Source: Auanema rhodensis (lineage: Eukaryota > Animalia > Nematoda). Taken from it: a DNA stretch of 64,000 nt. A program made the translations under genes and the position numbers. The DNA lies in NCBI GenBank assembly GCA_964057225.1, contig OZ059897.1, positions 18,724,001 to 18,788,000 of the forward strand, given 5' to 3'. Shown here piece by piece: positions 1 through 11,000 of the stretch; the first letter of the stretch is position 1; each line of letters opens with the position of its first letter. Below the pieces are notes generated by a model. That model had not been told where the DNA came from. It did not search any database and saw only the letters and a program-made list of their open reading frames with translations.

Positions 1-8
1 ATTAGTGT

Positions 9-36
9 ATGTTGAGTTTCCATGTACACTCAACAT
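9..36. repeat. Inverted repeat in each monomer: 9-bp stem ATGTTGAGT/ACTCAACAT, 10-nt loop
   Basis: Arms p9-17 and p28-36 are exact reverse complements. Confidence 0.95.
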
Positions 37-49
37 TGTTTCCAAAAAC

Positions 50-84
50 ATTTTGACAAAAATTTTTTCGAAAAATTTCAAAAT
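50..84. repeat. Imperfect AT-rich palindrome centred on TTTTTCGAAAAA (p64-75), with outer arms ATTTTGA/TCAAAAT
   Basis: 12-bp perfect palindromic core. p50-56 and p78-84 are reverse complements. Confidence 0.9.
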
Positions 85-186
85 AATTTAGCAAAAAGTA
101 GATGTTTTTAGATTCCTTTTTTCAAGGCAAAGACGATGGACAATGTTATTCAACGAAATAATTATTTCTTCAGGGTGAAAATCGAG

Positions 187-208
187 GATATAAGTGTGAA
201 CTTATATC
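187..208. repeat. Inverted repeat in each monomer: 9-bp stem GATATAAGT/ACTTATATC closing a GTGA 4-nt loop
   Basis: Arms p187-195 and p200-208 are exact reverse complements. Confidence 0.95.
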
Positions 209-569
209 AGTTGATATCTCGGTGCATTTTTAAGCTAGCGCAAATCTGATAACACAGATCGACGCAGCTTAAAAATCCGCATCGTATGCACTATACTACA
301 TTGAGAAACGCTTAATACAAAAATTAGTTATGATCGTTTGAAAAATGATGCATTAGTGTATGTTGAGTTTCCATGTACACTCAACATTGCTTCCAAAAAC
401 ATTTTGACAAAAATTTTTTCGAAAAATTTCAAAATAATTTAGCGAAAAGTAGATGTTTTTAGATTCCATTTTTCAAGGCAAAGACGATGGACAATGTTAT
501 TCAACGAAAAAATTAATTCTTCAGGGTGAAAATCGAGGATATAAGTGTGAACTTATATCAGTTGATATC

Positions 570-636
570 TCGGTGCATTTTTAAGCTAGCGCAAATCTGA
601 TAACACAGATCGACGCAGCTTAAAAATCCGCATCGA
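570..636. repeat. Long fold-back in each monomer (p219-285, shown for M2), 26 bp paired in 67 nt
   Basis: Segments: TCGGTGC/GCATCGA (7 bp, one G-T), ATTTTTAAGCT/AGCTTAAAAAT (11 bp perfect), GCG/CGC, ATCTG/CAGAT, loop ATAACA. Confidence 0.9.
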
Positions 637-3600
637 ATGCACTATACTACATTGAGAAACGCTTGATACAAAAATTAGTTATGATCGTTTGAAAAATGAT
701 GCATTAGTGTATGTTGAGTTTCCATGTACACTCAACATTGCTTCCAAAAACATTTTGACAAAAATTTTTTCGAAAAATTTCAAAATAATTTAGCAAAAAG
801 TAGATGTTTTTAGATTCCATTTTTCAAGGCAAAGACGATGGACAATGTTATTCAACGAAAAAATTAATTCTTCAGGGTGAAAATCGAGGATATAAGTGTG
901 AACTTATATCAGTTGATATCTCGGTGCATTTTTAAGCTAGCGCAAATCTGATAACACAGATCGACGCAGCTTAAAAATCCGCATCGAATGCACTATCCTA
1001 CATTAAGAAACGCTTGATACAAAAATTAGTTATGATCGTTTGAAAAATGATGCATTAGTGTATGTTGAGTTTCCATGTACACTCAACATTGCTTCCAAAA
1101 ACATTTTGACAAAAATTTTTTCGAAAAATTTCAAAATAATTTAGCAAAAAGTAGATGTTTTTAGATTCCATTTTTCAAGGCAAAGACGATGGACAATGTT
1201 ATTCAACGAAAAAATTAATTCTTCAGGGTGAAAATCGAGGATATAAGTGTGAACTTATATCAGTTGATATCTCGGTGCATTTTTAAGCTAGCGCAAATCT
1301 GATAACACAGATCGACGCAGCTTAAAAATCCGCATCGAATGCACTATACTACATTGAGAAACGCTTGATACAAAAATTAGTTATGATCGTTTGAAAAATG
1401 ATGCATTAGTGTATGTTGAGTTTCCATGTACACTCAACATTGCTTCCAAAAACATTTTGACAAAAATTTTTTCGAAAAATTTCAAAATAATTTAGCAAAA
1501 AGTAGATGTTTTTAGATTCCATTTTTCAAGGCAAAGACGATGGACAATGTTATTCAACGAAAAAATTAATTCTTCAGGGTGAAAATCGAGGATATAAGTG
1601 TGAACTTATATCAGTTGATATCTCGGTGCATTTTTAAGCTAGCGCAAATCTGATAACACAGATCGACGCAGCTTAAAAATCCGCATCGAATGCACTATCC
1701 TACATTAAGAAACGCTTGATACAAAAATTAGTTATGATCGTTTGAAAAATGATGCATTAGTGTATGTTGAGTTTCCATGTACACTCAACATTGTTTCCAA
1801 AAACATTTTGACAAAAATTTTTTCGAAAAATTTCAAAATAATTTAGCAAAAAGTAGATGTTTTTAGATTCCTTTTTTCAAGGCAAAGACGATGGACAATG
1901 TTATTCAACGAAATAATTATTTCTTCAGGGTGAAAATCGAGGATATAAGTGTGAACTTATATCAGTTGATATCTCGGTGCATTTTTAAGCTAGCGCAAAT
2001 CTGATAACACAGATCGACGCAGCTTAAAAATCCGCATCGTATGCACTATACTACATTGAGAAACGCTTAATACAAAAATTAGTTATGATCGTTTGAAAAA
2101 TGATGCATTAGTGTATGTTGAGTTTCCATGTACACTCAACATTGCTTCCAAAAACATTTTGACAAAAATTTTTTCGAAAAATTTCAAAATAATTTAGCGA
2201 AAAGTAGATGTTTTTAGATTCCATTTTTCAAGGCAAAGACGATGGACAATGTTATTCAACGAAAAAATTAATTCTTCAGGGTGAAAATCGAGGATATAAG
2301 TGTGAACTTATATCAGTTGATATCTCGGTGCATTTTTAAGCTAGCGCAAATCTGATAACACAGATCGACGCAGCTTAAAAATCCGCATCGAATGCACTAT
2401 ACTACATTGAGAAACGCTTGATACAAAAATTAGTTATGATCGTTTGAAAAATGATGCATTAGTGTATGTTGAGTTTCCATGTACACTCAACATTGCTTCC
2501 AAAAACATTTTGACAAAAATTTTTTCGAAAAATTTCAAAATAATTTAGCAAAAAGTAGATGTTTTTAGATTCCATTTTTCAAGGCAAAGACGATGGACAA
2601 TGTTATTCAACGAAAAAATTAATTCTTCAGGGTGAAAATCGAGGATATAAGTGTGAACTTATATCAGTTGATATCTCGGTGCATTTTTAAGCTAGCGCAA
2701 ATCTGATAACACAGATCGACGCAGCTTAAAAATCCGCATCGAATGCACTATCCTACATTAAGAAACGCTTGATACAAAAATTAGTTATGATCGTTTGAAA
2801 AATGATGCATTAGTGTATGTTGAGTTTCCATGTACACTCAACATTGCTTCCAAAAACATTTTGACAAAAATTTTTTCGAAAAATTTCAAAATAATTTAGC
2901 AAAAAGTAGATGTTTTTAGATTCCATTTTTCAAGGCAAAGACGATGGACAATGTTATTCAACGAAAAAATTAATTCTTCAGGGTGAAAATCGAGGATATA
3001 AGTGTGAACTTATATCAGTTGATATCTCGGTGCATTTTTAAGCTAGCGCAAATCTGATAACACAGATCGACGCAGCTTAAAAATCCGCATCGAATGCACT
3101 ATACTACATTGAGAAACGCTTGATACAAAAATTAGTTATGATCGTTTGAAAAATGATGCATTAGTGTATGTTGAGTTTCCATGTACACTCAACATTGCTT
3201 CCAAAAACATTTTGACAAAAATTTTTTCGAAAAATTTCAAAATAATTTAGCAAAAAGTAGATGTTTTTAGATTCCATTTTTCAAGGCAAAGACGATGGAC
3301 AATGTTATTCAACGAAAAAATTAATTCTTCAGGGTGAAAATCGAGGATATAAGTGTGAACTTATATCAGTTGATATCTCGGTGCATTTTTAAGCTAGCGC
3401 AAATCTGATAACACAGATCGACGCAGCTTAAAAATCCGCATCGAATTCACTATACTACATTGAGAAACGCTTAATACAAAAATTAGTTATGATCGTTTGA
3501 AAAATGATGCATTAGTGTATGTTGAGTTTCCATGTACACTCAACATTGCTTCCAAAAACATTTTGACAAAAATTTTTTCGAAAAATTTCAAAATAATTTA

Positions 3601-6600
3601 GCGAAAAGTAGATGTTTTTAGATTCCATTTTTCAAAGCAAAGACGATGGACAATGTTATTCAACGAAAAAATTAATTCTTCAGGGTGAAAATCGAGGATA
3701 TAAGTGTGAACATATATCAGTTGATATCTCGGTGCATTTTTAAGCTAGCGCAAATCTGATAACACAGATCGACGCAGCTTAAAAATCCGCATCGAATGCA
3801 CTATACTACATTAAGAAACGCTTGATACAAAAATTAGTTATGATCGTTTGAAAAATGATGCATTAGTGTATGTTGAGTTTCCATGTACACTCAACATTGC
3901 TTCCAAAAACATTTTGACAAAAATTTTTTCGAAAAATTTCAAAATAATTTAGCGAAAAGTAGATGTTTTTAGATTCCATTTTTCAAGGCAAAGACGATGG
4001 ACAATGTTATTCAACGAAAAAATTAATTCTTCAGGGTGAAAATCGAGGATATAAGTGTGAACTTATATCAGTTGAGATCTCGGTGCATTTTTAAGCTAGC
4101 GCAAATCTGATAACACAGATCGACGCAGCTTAAAAATCCGCATCGAATGCACTATATTACATTGAGAAACGCTTGATACAAAAATTAGTTATGATCGTTT
4201 GAAAAATGATGCATTAGTGTATGTTGAGTTTCCATGTACACTCAACATTGCTTCCAAAAACATTTTGACAAAAATTTTTTCGAAAAATTTCAAAATAATT
4301 TAGCGAAAAGTAGATGTTTTTAGATTCCATTTTTCAAGGCAAAGACGATGGACAATGTTATTCAACGAAAAAATTAATTCTTCAGGGTGAAAATCGAGGA
4401 TATAAGTGTGAACTTATATCAGTTGATATCTCGGTGCATTTTTAAGCTAGCGCAAATCTGATAACACAGATCGACGCAGCTTAAAAATCCGCATCGAATG
4501 CACTATACTACATTGAGAAACGCTTGATACAAAAATTAGTTATGATCGTTTGAAAAATGATGCATTAGTGTATGTTGAGTTTCCATGTACACTCAACATT
4601 GTTTCCAAAAACATTTTGACAAAAATTTTTTCGAAAAATTTCAAAATAATTTAGCAAAAAGTAGATGTTTTTAGATTCCATTTTTCAAGGCAAAGACGAT
4701 GGACAATGTTATTCAACGAAAAAATTAATTCTTCAGGGTGAAAATCGAGGATATAAGTGTGAACTTATATCAGTTGATATCTCGGTGCATTTTTAAGCTA
4801 GCGCAAATCTGATAACACAGATCGACGCAGCTTAAAAATCCGCATCGAATGCACTATCCTACATTAAGAAACGCTTGATACAAAAATTAGTTATGATCGT
4901 TTGAAAAATGATGCATTAGTGTATGTTGAGTTTCCATGTACACTCAACATTGCTTCCAAAAACATTTTGACAAAAATTTTTTCGAAAAATTTCAAAATAA
5001 TTTAGCGAAAAGTAGATGTTTTTAGATTCCATTTTTCAAGGCAAAGACGATGGACAATGGTATTCAACGAAAAAATTAATTCTTCAGGGTGAAAATCGAG
5101 GATATAAGTGTGAACTTATATCAGTTGATATCTCGGTGCATTTTTAAGCTAGCGCAAATCTGATAACACAGATCGACGCAGCTTAAAAATCCGCATCGAA
5201 TGCACTATACTACATTAAGAAACGCTTGATACAAAAATTAGTTATGATCGTTTGAAAAATGATGCATTAGTGTATGTTGAGTTTCCATGTACACTCAACA
5301 TTGCTTCCAAAAACATTTTGACAAAAATTTTTTCGAAAAATTTCAAAATAATTTAGCGAAAAGTAGATGTTTTTAGATTCCATTTTTCAAGGCAAAGACG
5401 ATGGACAATGTTATTCAACGAAAAAATTAATTCTTCAGGGTGAAAATCGAGGATATAAGTGTGAACTTATATCAGTTGATATCTCGGTGCATTTTTAAGC
5501 TAGCGCAAATCTGATAACACAGATCGACGCAGCTTAAAAATCCGCATCGAATGCACTATACTACATTGAGAAACGCTTAATACAAAAATTAGTTATGATC
5601 GTTTGAAAAATGATGCATTAGTGTATGTTGAGTTTCCATGTACACTCAACATTGCTTCCAAAAACATTTTGACAAAAATTTTTTCGAAAAATTTCAAAAT
5701 AATTTAGCAAAAAGTAGATGTTTTTAGATTCCATTTTTCAAGGCAAAGACGATGGACAATGTTATTCAACGAAAAAATTAATTCTTCAGGGTGAAAATCG
5801 AGGATATAAGTGTGAACTTATATCAGTTGATATCTCGGTGCATTTTTAAGCTAGCGCAAATCTGATAACACAGATCGACGCAGCTTAAAAATCCGCATCG
5901 AATGCACTATCCTACATTAAGAAACGCTTGATACAAAAATTAGTTATGATCGTTTGAAAAATGATGCATTAGTGTATGTTGAGTTTCCATGTACACTCAA
6001 CATTGCTTCCAAAAACATTTTGACAAAAATTTTTTCGAAAAATTTCAAAATAATTTAGCGAAAAGTAGATGTTTTTAGATTCCATTTTTCAAGGCAAAGA
6101 CGATGGACAATGTTATTCAACGAAAAAATTAATTCTTCAGGGTGAAAATCGAGGATATAAGTGTGAACTTATATCAGTTGATATCTCGGTGCATTTTTAA
6201 GCTAGCGCAAATCTGATAACACAGATCGACGCAGCTTAAAAATCCGCATCGAATGCACTATACTACATTAAGAAACGCTTGATACAAAAATTAGTTATGA
6301 TCGTTTGAAAAATGATGCATTAGTGTATGTTGAGTTTCCATGTACACTCAACATTGCTTCCAAAAACATTTTGACAAAAATTTTTTCGAAAAATTTCAAA
6401 ATAATTTAGCAAAAAGTAGATGTTTTTAGATTCCATTTTTCAAGGCAAAGACGATGGACAATGTTATTCAACGAAAAAATTAATTCTTCAGGGTGAAAAT
6501 CGAGGATATAAGTGTGAACTTATATCAGTTGATATCTCGGTGCATTTTTAAGCTAGCGCAAATCTGATAACACAGATCGACGCAGCTTCAAACTCCGCAT

Positions 6601-8073
6601 CGAATGCACTATACTACATTGAGAAACGCTTAATACAAAAATTAGTTATGATCGTTTGAAAAATGATGCATTAGTGTATGTTGAGTTTCCATGTACACTC
6701 AACATTGCTTCCAAAAACATTTTGACAAAAATTTTTTCGAAAAATTTCAAAATAATTTAGCGAAAAGTAGATGTTTTTAGATTCCATTTTTCAAGGCAAA
6801 GACGATGGACAATGTTATTCAACGAAAAAATTAATTCTTCAGGGTGAAAATCGAGGATATAAGTGTGAACTTATATCAGTTGATATCTCGGTGCATTTTT
6901 AAGCTAGCGCAAATCTGATAACACAGATCGACGCAGCTTCAAACTCCGCATCGAATGCACTATACTACATTGAGAAACGCTTAATACAAAAATTAGTTAT
7001 GATCGTTTGAAAAATGATGCATTAGTGTATGTTGAGTTTCCATGTACACTCAACATTGCTTCCAAAAACATTTTGACAAAAATTTTTTCGAAAAATTTCA
7101 AAATAATTTAGCGAAAAGTAGATGTTTTTAGATTCCATTTTTCAAGGCAAAGACGATGGACAATGTTATTCAACGAAAAAATTAATTCTTCAGGGTGAAA
7201 ATCGAGGATATAAGTGTGAACTTATATCAGTTGATATCTCGGTGCATTTTTAAGCTAGCGCAAATCTGATAACACAGATCGACGCAGCTTAAAAATCCGC
7301 ATCGAATGCACTATACTACATTGAGAAACGCTTGATACAAAAATTAGTTATGATCGTTTGAAAAATGATGCATTAGTGTATGTTGAGTTTCCATGTACAC
7401 TCAACATTGCTTCCAAAAACATTTTGACAAAAATTTTTTCGAAAAATTTCAAAATAATTTAGCAAAAAGTAGATGTTTTTAGATTCCATTTTTCAAGGCA
7501 AAGACGATGGACAATGTTATTCAACGAAAAAATTAATTCTTCAGGGTGAAAATCGAGGATATAAGTGTGAACTTATATCAGTTGATATCTCGGTGCATTT
7601 TTAAGCTAGCGCAAATCTGATAACACAGATCGACGCAGCTTCAAACTCCGCATCGAATGCACTATACTACATTGAGAAACGCTTAATACAAAAATTAGTT
7701 ATGATCGTTTGAAAAATGATGCATTAGTGTATGTTGAGTTTCCATGTACACTCAACATTGCTTCCAAAAACATTTTGACAAAAATTTTTTCGAAAAATTT
7801 CAAAATAATTTAGCGAAAAGTAGATGTTTTTAGATTCCATTTTTCAAGGCAAAGACGATGGACAATGTTATTCAACGAAAAAATTAATTCTTCAGGGTGA
7901 AAATCGAGGATATAAGTGTGAACTTATATCAGTTGATATCTCGGTGCATTTTTAAGCTAGCGCAAATCTGATAACACAGATCGACGCAGCTTAAAAATCC
8001 GCATCGAATGCACTATACTACATTGAGAAACGCTTGATACAAAAATTAGTTATGATCGTTTGAAAAATGATGC

Positions 8074-11000
8074 ATTAGTGTATGTTGAGTTTCCATGTAC
8101 ACTCAACATTGCTTCCAAAAACATTTTGACAAAAATTTTTTCGAAAAATTTCAAAATAATTTAGCAAAAAGTAGATGTTTTTAGATTCCATTTTTCAAGG
8201 CAAAGACGATGGACAATGTTATTCAACGAAAAAATTAATTCTTCAGGGTGAAAATCGAGGATATAAGTGTGAACTTATATCAGTTGATATCTCGGTGCAT
8301 TTTTAAGCTAGCGCAAATCTGATAACACAGATCGACGCAGCTTAAAAATCCGCATCGAATGCACTATACTACATTGAGGAACGCTTAATACAAAAATTAG
8401 TTATAATCGTTTGAAAAATGATGCATTAGTGTATGTTGAGTTTCCATGTACACTCAACATTGCTTCCAAAAACATTTTGACAAAAACTTTTTCGAAAAAT
8501 TTCAAAATAATTTAGCAAAAAGTAGATGTTTTTAGATTCCATTTTTCAAGGCAAAGACGATGGACAATGTTATTCAACGAAAAAATTAATTCTTCAGGGT
8601 GAAAATCGAGGATATAAGTGTGAACTTATATCAGTTGATATCTCGGTGCATTTTTAAGCTAGCGCAAATCTGATAACACAGATGGACGCAGCTTAAAAAT
8701 CCGCATCGAATGCACTATACTACATTGAGAAACGCTTAATACAAAAATTAGTTATGATCGTTTGAAAAATGATGCATTAGTGTATGTTGAGTTTCCATGT
8801 ACACTCAACATTGCTTCCAAAAACATTTTGATAAAAACTTTTTCGAAAAATTTCAAAATAATTTAGCAGAAAGTAGATGTTTTTAGATTCCATTTTTCAA
8901 GGCAAAGACGATGGACAATGTTATTCAACGAAAAAATTAATTCTTCAGGGTGAAAATCGAGGATATAAGTGTGAACTTATATCAGTTGATATCTCGGTGC
9001 ATTTTTAAGCTAGCGCAAATCTGATAACACAGATCGACGCAGCTTGAAAATCCGCATCGAATGCACTATACTACATTGAAAAACGCTTAATACAAAAATT
9101 AGTTATAATCGTTTGAAAAATGATGCATTAGTGTATGTTGAGTTTCCATGTACACTCAACATTGCTTCCAAAAACATTTTGACAAAAATTTTTTCGAAAA
9201 ATTTCAAAATAATTTAGCAAAAAGTAGATGTTTTTAGATTCCATTTTTCAAGGCAAAGACGGTGGACAATGTTATTCAACGAAAAAATTAATTCTTCAGG
9301 GTGAAAATCGAGGATATAAGTGTGAACTTATATCAGTTGATATCTCGGTGCATTTTTAAGCTAGCGCAAATCTGATAACACAGATCGACGCAGCTTAAAA
9401 ATCCGCATCGAATGCACTATACTACATTAAGAGACGCTTGATACAAAAATTAGTTATGATCGTTTGAAAAATGATGCATTAGTGTATGTTGAGTTTCCAT
9501 GTACACTCAACATTGCTTCCAAAAACATTTTGACAAAAATTTTTTCGAAAAATTTCAAAATAATTTAGCAAAAAGTAGATGTTTTTAGATTCCATTTTTC
9601 AAGGCAAAGACGATGGACAATGTTATTCAACGAAAAAATTAATTCTTCAGGGTGAAAATCGAGGATATAAGTGTGAACTTATATCAGTTGATATTTCGGT
9701 GCTTTTTTAAGCTAGCGCAAATCTGATAACACAGATCGACGCAGCTTGAAAATCCGCATCGAATGCACTATACTACATTGAGAAACGCTTAATACAAAAA
9801 TTAGTTATGATCGTTTGAAAAATGATGCATTAGTGTATGTTGAGTTTCCATGTACACTCAACATTGCTTCCAAAAACATTTTGACAAAAATTTTTTCGAA
9901 AAATTTCAAAATAATTTAGCAAAAAGTAGATGTTTTTAGATTCCTTTTTTCAAGGCAAAGACGATGGACAATGTTATTCAACAAAAAAATTGTTTCTTCA
10001 GGGTGAAAATCGAGGATATAAGTGTGAACTTATATCAGTTGATATCTCGGTGCATTTTTAAGCTAGCGCAAATCTGATAACACAGATCGACGCAGCTTAC
10101 AAATCCGCATCGAATGCACTATACTACATTGAGAAACGCTTGATACAAAAATTAGTTATGATCGTTTGAAAAATGATGCATTAGTGTATGTTGAGTTTCC
10201 ATGTACACTCAACATTGCTTCCAAAAACATTTTGACAAAAATTTTTTCGAAAAATTTCAAAATAATTTAGCAAAAAGTAGATGTTTTTAGATTCCATTTT
10301 TCAAGGCAAAGACGATGGACAATGTTATTCAACGAAAAAATTAATTCTTCAGGGTGAAAATCGAGGATATAAGTGTGAACTTATATCAGTTGATATCTCG
10401 GTGCATTTTTAAGCTAGCGCAAATCTGATAACACAGATCGACGCAGCTTAAAAATCCGCATCGAATGCACTATACTACATTAAGAGACGCTTGATACAAA
10501 AATTAGTTATGATCGTTTGAAAAATGATGCATTAGTGTATGTTGAGTTTCCATGTACACTCAACATTGCTTCCAAAAACATTTTGACAAAAATTTTTTCG
10601 AAAAATTTCAAAATAATTTAGCAAAAAGTAGATGTTTTTAGATTCCATTTTTCAAGGCAAAGACGATGGACAATGTTATTCAACGAAAAAATTAATTCTT
10701 CAGGGTGAAAATCGAGGATATAAGTGTGAACTTATATCAGTTGATATCTCGGTGCATTTTTAAGCTAGCGCAAATCTGATAACACAGATCGACGCAGCTT
10801 CAAACTCCGCATCGAATGCACTATACTACATTGAGAAACGCTTAATACAAAAATTAGTTATGATCGTTTGAAAAATGATGCATTAGTGTATGTTGAGTTT
10901 CCATGTACACTCAACATTGCTTCCAAAAACATTTTGACAAAAATTTTTTCGAAAAATTTCAAAATAATTTAGCAAAAAGTAGATGTTTTTAGATTCCTTT

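Larger units (their letters stand above)
1..3440 (+). repeat. Local 5-mer higher-order duplication (period 1755 bp), M1-5 then M6-9 and part of M10
   Basis: The five-SNP haplotype (p39T, p117T, p159T, p165T, p285T) occurs at M1 and M6. M2-4 match M7-9. Confidence 0.85.

Noticed and set aside
66-82. CENP-B box
   Set aside because: TTCG-NNNN-A is present but the essential CGGG is missing.
44-131. Helically phased A-tract curvature
   Set aside because: A-tracts start at about p44, 58, 71, 80 and 93 (spacing 9-14 bp) and are interleaved with T-tracts. The phasing is not clearly 10-11 bp, and a curvature calculation is needed.
246-343. Hammerhead ribozyme (as in newt, cricket and schistosome satellites or retrozymes)
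   Set aside because: The CUGANGA core is absent on both strands (closest CTGATAA at p246-252 and CTGATAT on the minus strand). The AAACG/CGTTT-GAAA element lacks a correctly placed core. An Infernal/RNAMotif search would be definitive.
1-351. Monomer as a diverged dimer of ~175-bp subunits, or as a 5S rRNA/tRNA/SL tandem gene unit
   Set aside because: There is no convincing internal direct similarity at a ~175-bp offset by eye, and no 5S, tRNA or spliced-leader motifs were recognised.
1-351. Assignment to Drosophila 1.688/359-bp or Tribolium ~350-360-bp satellite families
   Set aside because: Only length and AT-richness are similar. I could not recognise sequence homology, so a database search is required.
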